From positions 25,297 through 89,296 of the forward strand of contig JBHJGN010000008.1 in assembly GCA_050331735.1 (NCBI GenBank): a DNA stretch of 64,000 nucleotides, given 5' to 3'. Made by a program: the position numbers and the translations under genes. Under the pieces are notes generated by a model. The model saw only the letters and a list, made by a program, of their open reading frames with translations, made no database searches and was not told the origin of the DNA. Source of the DNA: Cyanophyceae cyanobacterium. Lineage in GTDB: Bacteria; Cyanobacteriota; Cyanobacteriia; Cyanobacteriales; JBHJGN01. Shown piece after piece: positions 10,308 through 20,211 of the stretch. Position 1 is the first letter of the stretch. Each line of letters begins with the position of its first letter.

Positions 10308-10373
10308 TAAAAGAAGCGCTTGGGAGTCTTGCCGTGTTTCGACCCCAAACGCTTCTTGCTTTACTCCTCACAC
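10308..10373 (-). ncRNA. yfr2: Yfr2-family cyanobacterial sRNA
   Basis: Minus strand begins GTGTGAGGAGT (complement of the Yfr1 ACUCCUCACAC motif), then a long hairpin with GAAACAC in the loop and a U-run; TACAGT -10 element 6 nt upstream (10380-10385). Confidence 0.75.
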
Positions 10374-10527
10374 AACTACACTGTAGGGTCACATCTGGTG
10401 AAAAGTTAACGGCAATGTGACACTTATAGGAGTGTCCGCCGAAATCGGTGATTACTGTAAGCGTCATTCTGGATACCAGATCCCTTTCCTTTAAACTTGA
10501 TCGGTGAAAATTACTTTTGATTATTTT

Positions 10528-11094
10528 TTAGTACTGCGCTGCTCCTAACCAATTTTCTATCCCTTTCTTAGTTGGTTGACCTTTAGCGGTAAAAGTCCAA
10601 ATAGCGCGTTTATGTTGAGGACCATAGCTAATGTGTATTGGTCGATCTGAACCGTAAAAATATAAAGAATCAAAGGGCAGCTTGCGAGCTAAAATCCAAT
10701 CAACTACGCGATCGCTTGTTAGACCAACAACCAAAAAATCACAGGCTGCTCCTTGTCTAGGGCAGTAGTACTGTCCGGTGCGCTTGACCTCGTGAGCCAT
10801 ATGTTGATCTCTACTCGGGTCTGCGCGACCGTTTTTGCTGCCTGTTGTGACATCTTTTTGCTCGAGAAATCGCTTGAGATCTAGAGAGCAAAATCCATAG
10901 GTGAGTCTGAAATTATCTGCACCAAAACCATCCATAATTGGCTCGACAAGGTTTTGATTGAGGTTTTTAAGAGCAGAAATTGTTTCTGGATTTTGGGGGT
11001 GAGGATTAATGAGGTTAGCGTGTTTTTGATATGTACTTGTGCAAGTGCAGTAGTCTTTTAGGGTTAGGTATTTTCCAAGCGGTGTGGCTAACAT
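10528..11094 (-). CDS. Peptidase M15 (Hedgehog/DD-peptidase)-like protein
   Basis: LTYGFCS, DQH, GAACDF and IHISYG fit the His-Asp-His zinc-ligand pattern. Confidence 0.6.
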   Translation of the reverse strand: MLATPLGKYLTLKDYCTCTSTYQKHANLINPHPQNPETISALKNLNQNLVEPIMDGFGADNFRLTYGFCSLDLKRFLEQKDVTTGSKNGRADPSRDQHMAHEVKRTGQYYCPRQGAACDFLVVGLTSDRVVDWILARKLPFDSLYFYGSDRPIHISYGPQHKRAIWTFTAKGQPTKKGIENWLGAAQY

Positions 11095-11126
11095 AGAAAC
11101 GCCTTGCGGGTGAGGAGCTGCTTAAC

Positions 11127-11691
11127 CAAAGGAGCGTCAATCCCCTTTCTTCAAATATGGGGATATCAGCGACCCACTTGTGTTATTCTTATCTAAAGAT
11201 TAGTGATAAAGGTTGTTGTGTTCAAGGCTTATCAGTACCTAATCTATCCCACTGACGAGCAACAGATCGCCCTAGCTCAACACACGGGGAATGTAGGATG
11301 GTATTGGAACTATGCCTTGAACCTCTGTGAGACAGCTTATCCTGAGGCAGGAAAAGGACTAACAAGAAACGCGATCCAACAGCTTCTTTCTAAACTCAAG
11401 AAAGAGTATGAATGGCTAGGGCTTTGTTACTCTCAATGTCTGCAAGTAGTAGCGCTAAAACTTAGTACAGCCTACAAAAGCTTCTTTGAAATCAGAAGCT
11501 GGCAATGCCCGAAATGCTGCACCAAGCACGACCGGAATATTAAGGCCGCCACTAACACTAGAGAAGAGGGTCTGCGAATACTAGCGGAGGGGCGCTTCGC
11601 TACTGCTCACGGACGACCTGTCAGACTATCTTCGGATAGCGGGGTCGGATGAAGTGAGAATCCCCGAGATTCATCTATGGGGAGTCGTCAA
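11127..11691 (+). mobile_element. Non-autonomous, internally deleted IS200/IS605-family element
   Basis: Left hairpin (ATCCCC...GGGGAT, ~11140-11165) after TTAAC; right hairpin GAATCCCC...GGGGAG ending in GTCAA at 11691; tnpB remnant between; left boundary inferred. Confidence 0.8.
11203..11652 (+). pseudogene. tnpB: tnpB remnant with large in-frame internal deletion
   Basis: N-terminal KAYQYLIYPTDEQ...WNYAL...YKSFF joined directly to the C-terminal WQCPKC-HDRNIKAA segment; RuvC-I and RuvC-II absent. Confidence 0.88.
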
Positions 11692-12279
11692 GATAAACAC
11701 AGTTCTCGATCCGATAGAAATTTGCTTTCACGATTAAATGTTTTCCTCATCGGCATGATGGGGACTGGAAAAACAACGGTGGGTCGTCTGCTGGCACAGC
11801 GCTTGAGCTACCGCTTCTTCGATACCGATGATTTGGTGGAGCGAGTCACAAAACAAACCATCAGCGAGATTTTTAAGCACCAGGGAGAGGAGAGTTTCCG
11901 TCGCCTAGAAAGCCAAGTGTTGGCAGAACTGTCTGCCTATACCCAAAGTGCGATCGCCACTGGCGGAGGCATCGTTCTCAAGCAGCTTAACTGGAGCTAC
12001 CTGCATCACGGTTTGGTCGTGTGGTTGGATGCACCAGTAGAAATTTTGGTACAGCGTCTAGCCAATGATACTAGCCGTCCCCTACTCTCGGAGGTAGATT
12101 TGGCCCACAAGCTCTCCTCGCTATTGAAAGAACGTCGCTCCCTCTACGCTCAAGCTGACCTGCGTATCACGATCGAAAAACAAACTCCCGAACAAGTTGT
12201 GGCGCAGATTATCGAGCAAATTCCGACCGTCTTGAAGAGCCAACACCACACGGCTGATGCCTCCTCCGAGCTGTCTTGA
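11677..12279 (+). CDS. aroK: Shikimate kinase (start codon uncertain)
   Basis: GMMGTGKT P-loop, FFDTD, GEESFR, ATGGG, RPLL. Confidence 0.95.
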   Translation: MGSRQDKHSSRSDRNLLSRLNVFLIGMMGTGKTTVGRLLAQRLSYRFFDTDDLVERVTKQTISEIFKHQGEESFRRLESQVLAELSAYTQSAIATGGGIVLKQLNWSYLHHGLVVWLDAPVEILVQRLANDTSRPLLSEVDLAHKLSSLLKERRSLYAQADLRITIEKQTPEQVVAQIIEQIPTVLKSQHHTADASSELS

Positions 12280-12301
12280 GAATAACTAAAGCAATTGTCC
12301 T

Positions 12302-13228
12302 ATGAGCAACGAAAGCGAGTTTATTAGAGAAGCTGAAGCCACCCGCGTCCGCATCCTCAGCGAGGCGCTGCCCTACATTCAGCAGTTTGCTGGTCGCACT
12401 GTGGTCGTCAAATACGGTGGTGCCGCCATGAAAGACAGCTCCCTCAAAGACAAAGTGATTCGAGATGTGGTTTTTCTGTCCTGCGTTGGCGTCCGTCCGG
12501 TGATCGTTCACGGTGGCGGTCCCGAAATTAATAGCTGGCTAGATAAATTGGGGATTGAACCTCAGTTTAAAGATGGATTGCGGGTTACGGATGAAACCAC
12601 GATGGATGTGGTGGAGATGGTGTTAGTCGGTCGGGTGAACAAAAACCTGGTATCGCTGATCAATCGGGCTGGAGGCAGGGCCGTTGGTCTGTGCGGTAAA
12701 GACGGTAACCTGATTCGAGCCCGTCACGTCGGCAGAGAAGGCGTGGGATTTGTGGGCGAAGTCAGCAGCGTTGACATTAAGCTCGTCAAGTCTTTAGTCA
12801 GTAGCGGCTACGTTCCCGTGATTTCCAGCGTAGCGGCGGATGAAGCGGGGCAAGCCCACAACATTAATGCCGATACCGTTGCCGGAGAAATTGCCGCCGC
12901 CCTAGAAGCAGAAAAGTTAATTTTGCTCACCGACACCCCAGGTATTTTGCAAGACTACAAAGATCCCTCAACCCTGCTAACAAGGTTAGATATTCAGCAA
13001 GCAAGAGAGCTAATTGCCCAGGGAGTTGTTGCTGGCGGGATGATTCCCAAAGTGAACTGCTGCGTACGTTCCTTGGCTCAGGGAGTCCGGGCCGCTCACA
13101 TTATTGACGGTCGCTTGCCCCATGCCTTGCTGCTGGAAATCTTCACCGACGAGGGAATTGGCTCTATGATTGTTGCGTCAGAGTATATGGCTCAGAAGCC
13201 GGACGCGCCTGTATTGATCGAAGATTGA
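12302..13228 (+). CDS. argB: Acetylglutamate kinase
   Basis: [27 protein letters not shown]. Confidence 0.97.
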   Translation: MSNESEFIREAEATRVRILSEALPYIQQFAGRTVVVKYGGAAMKDSSLKDKVIRDVVFLSCVGVRPVIVHGGGPEINSWLDKLGIEPQFKDGLRVTDETTMDVVEMVLVGRVNKNLVSLINRAGGRAVGLCGKDGNLIRARHVGREGVGFVGEVSSVDIKLVKSLVSSGYVPVISSVAADEAGQAHNINADTVAGEIAAALEAEKLILLTDTPGILQDYKDPSTLLTRLDIQQARELIAQGVVAGGMIPKVNCCVRSLAQGVRAAHIIDGRLPHALLLEIFTDEGIGSMIVASEYMAQKPDAPVLIED

Positions 13229-13691
13229 CATCGTAGCAGCTCTCAACTGCACGAGGCGCAGCTAGACATTAGATTAAGTCTAAAGCAAGACAAACCAAGG
13301 ACATCGAGGCATCATAAGGGGCTAAGTGTATTAGTGCTGACGTTTGCCTACTGCATGCCGTTCACTGACTTCACAAATCCCTATCGAGATCCAGCCACTG
13401 CTCTAGAGGAGTATCGGAATCATTCATTTGGTAAAAACATTAAGGCTAACAAGGTCTGCATTAAAGGCAGTGATATTGTTTTTGTCCGCATTGAGCCTTG
13501 GATTTATGATCTAAAAATAGCACTGATTCTGGCTGAGATAAAATAGGCATTAGATTCAACGGAATTACTCATTGCTCGTCCTAAACCAACAATAGTTCCT
13601 TATAAAGCAAAAATACTACAGACCGAGGCAGAAGCCATTGCTGCTGCTGCCAAAGTGCGAGTAGAGCGGATGATTTTAGCTGAAGAGGTCG

Positions 13692-14030
13692 ATGACAATG
13701 GTTGAGTTGCAAAGCCTGTTGAATGGCAGAATCAAGACCTCTCCGGCTCAGATTGCAGAATTTTGCCACCGCTGGAAAATTACTGAATTTGCCCTCTTTG
13801 GTTCTGTCCTTCGGGGTGACTTTCGCCCCGATAGCGACATTAACGTGCTCCTAACCTTTTCACCTGAGCAGTGGTTAACCTGGGATGACTGGCAAACTAT
13901 GCAAGCAGAGATTGAGACCTTATTTAATCGAAAAGTTGATCTGGTGAGTAAGAAATATCTAAAAAATCCCTACAGAAGATACGAAATTCTGAATACCCGT
14001 CAAGTTATTTATGCAGCCGAACAATCGTGA
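13692..14030 (+). CDS. mntA: MNT-family nucleotidyltransferase antitoxin
   Basis: LFGSVLRGDFRPDSDIN and RKVDLV; overlaps the downstream HEPN gene. Confidence 0.88.
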   Translation: MTMVELQSLLNGRIKTSPAQIAEFCHRWKITEFALFGSVLRGDFRPDSDINVLLTFSPEQWLTWDDWQTMQAEIETLFNRKVDLVSKKYLKNPYRRYEILNTRQVIYAAEQS

Positions 14031-14373
14031 TGTTGCCTCTGTTTGGGATATGACACAGGCTATTCAACGCATTCAATCGTTTACTAATGGTCTGACCTTT
14101 GACGAGTATCTAAACGACATTCGCACCGTCAGTGCCGTTGAGCGACAATTTGAAGTTTTAGGAGAAGCTGCCCCGAGAATCTCTACTGAATTTCAATACG
14201 CTTATCCCGATATTGATTGGCAACGTACGATCAGCTTACGCAATATTATTGCCCATCGCTACGACGAAGTCAGGCAAGAGATATTGTGGACAATTATCTG
14301 CTCTGAGTTAACCCCGCTCCTAGCCCAGTTAGAGGCACTGCTCCCTCCATTACCAGGGCAAGATAGGCCATGA
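14011..14373 (+). CDS. hepT: HEPN (DUF86) ribonuclease toxin
   Basis: AVERQFEVLGEA, IDW, and RNIIAHRY matching RX4HXY. Confidence 0.88.
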   Translation: MQPNNRDVASVWDMTQAIQRIQSFTNGLTFDEYLNDIRTVSAVERQFEVLGEAAPRISTEFQYAYPDIDWQRTISLRNIIAHRYDEVRQEILWTIICSELTPLLAQLEALLPPLPGQDRP

Positions 14374-14745
14374 GCATCAAACCTAGCAGAAAGTACTACC
14401 CATTCACTGTTTCAACATCTGCAAGGCTGCGCTCAAGAAGCCGTTACACTGAACCTTTCAGGCAACTTATAATATCCAGCACAAAGACGGTAATTTGTTC
14501 TAGAATGCTCTCCGCAGAATTAAACGGCAAACCCTGTCTCTATTCTCAAAATGGGGGATGGCAACGATTCGTGAAATTTACTCCCATATCCTCCTTAAAC
14601 CTTCTGTAGACAATACTTTTAGCCTTCAAATATCTTGACCAAAACATTACAAAAAAACACGTTCGATTCTCTAGGTAAAAGCTTTTCGATAAACTAAGAC
14701 AAGAGACGAGTTAAAAAACAAAAATGGGGAAAGAATTCCTGAATA

Positions 14746-15621
14746 ATGATTGAATCTTTAAGCAATAAAGTGCGAGATTACCTGCCAAAAAACGGAAGTG
14801 GGAGCGCATTTCATAGTTTTTCCGAAGATATTTTTTGCATCAAAGAAGCAGATATCTCTGGGTTGAACGAAACACTTTATGAGCCAGCATTATGCATCGT
14901 ACTCCAAGGTGCAAAGCAAACAAGTTTGAACAATCGCACTCTTCAACTATCAGCTGGCGATTCTGTCATAATTAGCCATCACGTACCTGTGTATGTCAAA
15001 ATCACGCAGGCATCGGTCGAAGTTCCCTATTTCGCGCTGATTATAAAAATAGATCTGAAAATTATTCGGAGCCTTCATTTTGAGATTGAGCAAATCATTG
15101 AGAAACAAGAACGTGCTTTTTCTGAATCAACAGAAAAAGCTGACAGTGCGCTTATGGATACCATTGACCGTCTCATAACAACTATGGAGGATCCGATAGA
15201 AGCCGAACTTATTAGTCCCTATCTTTTTAAGGAATTACACTTACGAGTGCTGCGGGCTGTCCATGGCGGAATGCTTCGCCAAATGATCCCAAGTAACAGC
15301 GCAGCCAACAAAATTGCCAAAGCGATAAAATACATTCGAGATAATTATCGTGCTGGACTCCTTGTCACTGAAGTTGCACGTGAAGTTAGCATGAGTGAGT
15401 CGTCTTTTTACCACAAATTCCGCGAAATAACAGGGACTGCCCCGCATAAGTATCAAAAAAACCTACGTCTTATGGAGGCTCACGCTCTTCTGTCATTAGA
15501 TGGGTATTCTGTTTCTGCTGCAGCTTTTGCCGTCGGCTATGAGAGCGCAAATCACTTTAGTAGGGACTATTCAAAAAAGTTTGGAATCCCACCGAAGGAA
15601 GCCAAATCTATTGAAACGTGA
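14746..15621 (+). CDS. AraC-family transcriptional regulator
   Basis: LYEPALCIVLQGAK N-terminal domain; MSESSFYHKFR and VGYESANHFSRDYSKKFG helix-turn-helix motifs. Confidence 0.92.
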   Translation: MIESLSNKVRDYLPKNGSGSAFHSFSEDIFCIKEADISGLNETLYEPALCIVLQGAKQTSLNNRTLQLSAGDSVIISHHVPVYVKITQASVEVPYFALIIKIDLKIIRSLHFEIEQIIEKQERAFSESTEKADSALMDTIDRLITTMEDPIEAELISPYLFKELHLRVLRAVHGGMLRQMIPSNSAANKIAKAIKYIRDNYRAGLLVTEVAREVSMSESSFYHKFREITGTAPHKYQKNLRLMEAHALLSLDGYSVSAAAFAVGYESANHFSRDYSKKFGIPPKEAKSIET

Positions 15622-15859
15622 ACTGTGAAAATATCTTTGTTATAGTGAAGAGCCTGGCTAATCGCTCACGGATAGAAAGTGGCAGTTCATCAAAGCGATA
15701 GTTGCCGCTTAGAACATTGATTTTCAGTCATCTACGAACTTTTGATTTGTGGTCTATACGATGTTTCTTCAGTTGCTTTGATCCTGCTATAACTTTGGCG
15801 ATTGCAGTGCATAAAGAACACTCAGAGCGTCTGGCACAGTTACACGTCAGACGTTGACC

Positions 15860-16945
15860 TTATATCTTATAAAACTCAAGATCTGGACCAGCGAAGGGGG
15901 CTAATGCATCGATCCGTTTCTGAAGTTCGGCTTGGTTCCAGTTCCATGTTTCTCGCGCTATGGCAGCATTTTGGGAAACCTGTTCGACACTTTCCATACC
16001 ACTGACAAGGCAGGTGACAGGCAGGGACCATGCAAAGCCGAAGGCATCCTCTAAGGAAATAACTTCTGGTATTACTGGCTTGAGGGAGACTTCTGTACGT
16101 CGCCAGCCCTGGTTTCCTCCGAAGAACCGTCCGTAAGCTAGCGTTTTCATAGCCAGCACGCCGATACCCGCCTCCACGCATCTAGGCAGCACATTAGTAA
16201 CAAAGCTCTTGAAGTGAGGGTCGGCGGGGTTGACTGGTATCATTGAGGCGTCCATTTTCACCCCCCGTTTCTCAATCTCCTCCAGCATCTTGAGATGGCC
16301 TTCAAAGGAATCATGACCAGTGAAACCAATGTACCTAACCTTGCCCGATTCCTGGGCCTCAAGCAAAGCATCGATTATACCGTCTCGGATGCGCTCTTCC
16401 ACACGTTCCGGGGTTTCGAGGGCATGCACCTGCCACAGGTCTACGTAGTCAGTCTTCATGCGGGAGAGGGAAGCATCGAGATCCGCCAGAGCGTCCGCCC
16501 TATTTCTGGCCAAGGTTTTGGTCATGATGAAGGAAACATCTCTGTAGTTAGGCGTGAGGAATTTCCCATAGCGTTCCTCTGCTAATCCATCACTATATAG
16601 GGGGGCATTATCGAAGAAACGCACCCCCTCCTCTAAGGCTTTTTCGATGATAGCCTGCGCGTCTTTTTCCGAGGCTTTCCCTATGTGGTCTCCGCCCGCC
16701 CCCAGGTTGGTCACGACTGAACCAGACGAACCCAAATTACGCAAAGGCAGGAGCTTACCTAGCCGGTCAGAAGCGGAGGCATGAGCGGCGGTGGTGTCCT
16801 CGCTATTGAAATAGCCAGACACTGTCAGACTGGCGGTTAAGCCCGCTAGCATAGCGATTAACTCTCTGCGATTTAGTTTAGACCTGCTCATGTAGCGGTC
16901 AATAGCTGAAGTTTCTAATCTATGACCGGGTTTGCGAGCTTTCAT
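15860..16945 (-). CDS. Aldo/keto reductase with Tat-like leader
   Basis: FFDNAPLY, TK, DYVDLWQVH, GKVRYIGFTGH, AMK; N-terminal NRRELI. Confidence 0.9.
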   Translation of the reverse strand: MKARKPGHRLETSAIDRYMSRSKLNRRELIAMLAGLTASLTVSGYFNSEDTTAAHASASDRLGKLLPLRNLGSSGSVVTNLGAGGDHIGKASEKDAQAIIEKALEEGVRFFDNAPLYSDGLAEERYGKFLTPNYRDVSFIMTKTLARNRADALADLDASLSRMKTDYVDLWQVHALETPERVEERIRDGIIDALLEAQESGKVRYIGFTGHDSFEGHLKMLEEIEKRGVKMDASMIPVNPADPHFKSFVTNVLPRCVEAGIGVLAMKTLAYGRFFGGNQGWRRTEVSLKPVIPEVISLEDAFGFAWSLPVTCLVSGMESVEQVSQNAAIARETWNWNQAELQKRIDALAPFAGPDLEFYKI

Positions 16946-17055
16946 GCTTGAAGTCTCCTTTTTTGTAAGTGTTCCATCTTTACTTCAAATTCAACAAATA
17001 TAATGCGCTCTGGTTGTGAAAAGCGATTAATTAGATAGACTTTAAGTTCAACATC

Positions 17056-17682
17056 TTATGCAATGCTTCTCGCCAGTGAGCCGTAGCTAACGTCAAACAC
17101 TTCACCAGTAACCTTATCGGTAGCGCTTCCTGCGAAAAAGAGCACCGCCTTGGCAACATCAACCGGCTCTAAGTGTCCTACTGGAATAGGATTTTCGGGT
17201 CTCAACGTCTCAGAGAGCATCTCGAAGGTTGGATTTGGCACTTCTGGCAACATTTTGCGTAAGATAAAATCGTTGTTAGCAAGTGGTGTATCTACCAATC
17301 CTGGTGCAACAGTATTGCATAGGATGTTGAACTGCCCGTAAGACAAAGCTGCCGACTTAGCAAAACCGATCACTGCCCATTTTGTCGATGTGTAGACTGG
17401 AAAAAGCTCGTTACCCATTCGACCAAGAGCCGATGAAATGAAAATAATTCGCCCAGAACCTTGTGGTTTCATGAATCCAACAGCCGCTTGAGTCGTTTTT
17501 ACCGCGCCAGCAACGTTAATCTCGAATACGGTGCTGATCTCTTCATCTGAAAACTCTTCGATTGCACCTGCCTGTGAAACACCCGCATTGACAACCGCAA
17601 TATCGAGACTACCGAATGTGTTTACAGCCTGTTCCATTGCGCGCACTTGTGCATCTCGATCGCGTACATCGCCTTTAAGTCC
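17056..17682 (-). pseudogene. 5'-truncated SDR oxidoreductase
   Basis: DVRD, NAG, YTSTK and PGLVDT present, but the N-terminal GxxxGxG is missing and an in-frame TAA precedes GLKGDVRD. Confidence 0.8.
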
Positions 17683-17851
17683 TTATATTACCAAGCATAT
17701 CAACCGTTTTGGTAGCTATAGTCTCGATCTAAATCGTCAACCTCCAGCATTGAATTTTGGGTTTTCTCTGATTCCTATTTGATGAAACTTACTCTAGACA
17801 AAGGTTTGAGGGGGATATGGGAGTAAAATTCACGAATCGTTGCCATCCCCC

Positions 17852-18454
17852 AACTTGACTGACAACCCTCAAAACTTGATAAAGCCAAGTCTGCATTTTT
17901 ATGCGCCTCCACATTTCAGATGTAATCTGATTTTCATGGGAAGAATCGACTAACACTAATCCGACCACATCTTCTGGATATTGACTCGCATACAGCCGCA
18001 TATTGACTCCACCCAATGAGTGTCCAACTAAAATGTAGGGAGGATTAATTCCAGCTTTAGTCAGAAGTAAATGTAATTCATCAACGCTCTGCTGACTGGT
18101 GCGGGGGCTCCTGAGATTAGGATCGCTCCAACCCAAACCCGCTCGATCATAGGTGCAAACACGGGTAAATTTAGCAATTTCAGATGGAACCAAGCCCCAT
18201 GTAATTGAGGGAGCAGCACCACCAGCATCCATAACAACCTTTGGTGTACCTTGCCCAATACAGTTGAGATGTAGAAGAAATCCCCCAATATCCACAAGTT
18301 CACCCGGTGGAGGATGTCTGCGTCGATTTAAGGCTTCACTCACTGCTTGATAGAAAATCCCTGTAAGTAATGAGATAGCGGTAATACTTAGAGTAAGCAT
18401 AGTCAAATTTTCCGTAATTGTCATAGCAAAATTTATAGATTTATACTGCTGCAT
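17852..18454 (-). pseudogene. 3'-truncated alpha/beta hydrolase
   Basis: YDRAGLGWS and GHSLGG present; ORF runs into the inverted repeat at 17851 and lacks the catalytic Asp/His half. Confidence 0.82.
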
Positions 18455-18876
18455 TCAAGGTTATCTTTGCCACCAATTAGTTTGCGGCATAACTATTTAT
18501 TAAACGAAAACTTGCTGGATATTCGCTCTTTACAGGTTACAAAACAGAAACTCTCGGCGTATCTACCCCATACAGCATGAGATCAAGAATCTTTCAGAAT
18601 GTTTGATATTTGTTGGCGATCTCGAGAGACTTTCTCGATGTTTGGAAGGTTCCTCTGTCGAAAAAACCTGCTCCGCCAACCGTCGGCATCAGAGTCCTGT
18701 CTGAAGAAAGATGATTTTTGGAAGGCTTTAGATTCTAATGGAAACCTGTAGGTTAACTGCTTGATTGAAAGATTGACACAGAACCTATTGAAAATTAGGT
18801 TGACTTGCAGCCAAATATGGCCGCTGGAGCGATCGCTCTTGCTGCTGAACTGCGACACAATTTAGGAGAGTAACAG

Positions 18877-20061
18877 ATGGCGCTTTTAGCGAAAGAAGAG
18901 ATTAAAACTTTAGTAGAACAGCCTCAAGGACCGTGCGTGTCTGTGTTTCTGCCCACCCACACAGCAGGAGCAGAGATTCAGCAAGATCCAATTCGCTTCA
19001 AAAATTTAATGAAAGAAGCTGAGGAAAAGTTAGTCGAACAGGGAATGCGCCCAGCAGAGGCGGTTGAAATGCTCAAACGCGCTTACGATCTAGATAAAGC
19101 CAATTTCTGGCGGCATCAAAGTAATGGGTTAGCGGTATTTGTTGCTAAAAATTTCCTTCGCACCTATCGCTTACCGCTAGAGTTTGAAGAGATAGTGGTA
19201 GTGAGCGATCGCTTTCATGTCAAACCCCTGATGCCCCTGCTGACTGGAGACGGCAGGTTTTATATTTTGGCCCTCAACCAAAAGCAGGTCCGCTTTCTCG
19301 AAGGAACGCGCAACCACATTAAAGAATACGATCTCAACAGCTTAGAAGATGTGCCGGAAAGCTTGAGAGAGGCAGTCCTCCAGTACGAAGACTCCGAAAA
19401 CCAAACTCAGTTTGAAACCGTTGGTTCTGCTTCGCCTAGTTCGCCCCCCGGATCTAGCCCCGGAACGTTTCACGGCAGTGGTGCTGATGAAGATAAACAG
19501 ATCAAGATTCTGCAATTCTTTAACCAAGTAGATGCGGGACTGCGGGAGTTTTTCCAGGGCGATGATGCTCCGATGGTCTTAGTCGGTGTAGATGAACTGC
19601 TGGCCATTTATAAGGATGCCAATAGCTACCCCCATCTGCTCGAAGAAGCCGTGGCCCGCGAGCCAAAACTGATCAAGCCCGAGGAACTCCACGAACAGGC
19701 GTGGATGGTGGTCAGCCCCCACTTCCAGCAGGCACGCAAAGACGCGGCTGAGCGCTACCGAGAGTTCAGCGGCAATAGCCCCGAGTTGGCATCTCACGAC
19801 ATTCGAGAGATCGTCAAAGCAGCTTACTACCAGCGCGTCGATACCTTGTTTGTGGCCATAAACCACTATCAGTGGGGACAGTTCGAGCTACAGGAAAATG
19901 CCGTCCATCTGTACGATAGCGAGGAAGCGGATAGCGAAGACCTATTGGATTTTGCCGCCCTGCATACGCTGCTCAACGGCGGTACGGTATTTGCCGTCGA
20001 ACCAGATCAGGTTCCCTCTCAAGCTTCAGTGGCCGCTATTTTCCGCTTTCCAGGGGAATAA
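18877..20061 (+). CDS. Bacterial archaeo-eukaryotic release factor-like protein (baeRF3/baeRF7 type)
   Basis: CVSVFLPTH, IRFKNL, GLAVF, RFHVKPL, RVDTLFV, GGTVF...AAIFRF. Confidence 0.75.
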   Translation: MALLAKEEIKTLVEQPQGPCVSVFLPTHTAGAEIQQDPIRFKNLMKEAEEKLVEQGMRPAEAVEMLKRAYDLDKANFWRHQSNGLAVFVAKNFLRTYRLPLEFEEIVVVSDRFHVKPLMPLLTGDGRFYILALNQKQVRFLEGTRNHIKEYDLNSLEDVPESLREAVLQYEDSENQTQFETVGSASPSSPPGSSPGTFHGSGADEDKQIKILQFFNQVDAGLREFFQGDDAPMVLVGVDELLAIYKDANSYPHLLEEAVAREPKLIKPEELHEQAWMVVSPHFQQARKDAAERYREFSGNSPELASHDIREIVKAAYYQRVDTLFVAINHYQWGQFELQENAVHLYDSEEADSEDLLDFAALHTLLNGGTVFAVEPDQVPSQASVAAIFRFPGE

Positions 20062-20211
20062 ATGGATCGGGAGGAGGGGGCAAGCGGCACTTCCTTCTCC
20101 TCAGAAAGCTAATTCAGTCCGCTCAATCAGCCTGCTTGTCATTTCTACCAGGGGACTTTCTTGTTGAGATTCACTAACTGACCGCTCATACTGGTCACGA
20201 AAAGCCGAACA

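Larger units (their letters stand above)
14553..17851. mobile_element. Inverted-repeat-bounded non-autonomous cargo element, family unassigned
   Basis: ~50-bp imperfect terminal inverted repeats starting GGGGGATGGCAACGATTCGTGAA at 14553 and ending at 17851; no transposase inside; truncates the flanking hydrolase. Confidence 0.75.

Noticed and set aside
10363..10373. Yfr1 on the plus strand (ACTCCTCACAC)
   Set aside because: No plus-strand terminator follows and the usual guaB-trxA context is absent; the -10 element, GAAACA loop and U-run fit Yfr2 on the minus strand
13334..13546. 70-aa ORF upstream of the toxin-antitoxin pair
   Set aside because: No recognisable family or clear start; may be a gene remnant
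14370..14609. 79-aa ORF sharing GGWQRF with the hydrolase C-terminus
   Set aside because: The shared peptide is just translation of the inverted repeat
15660..15710. LTDRKWQFIK resembling an IS5-family transposase N-terminus
   Set aside because: Too short, followed by a stop, and no other IS features
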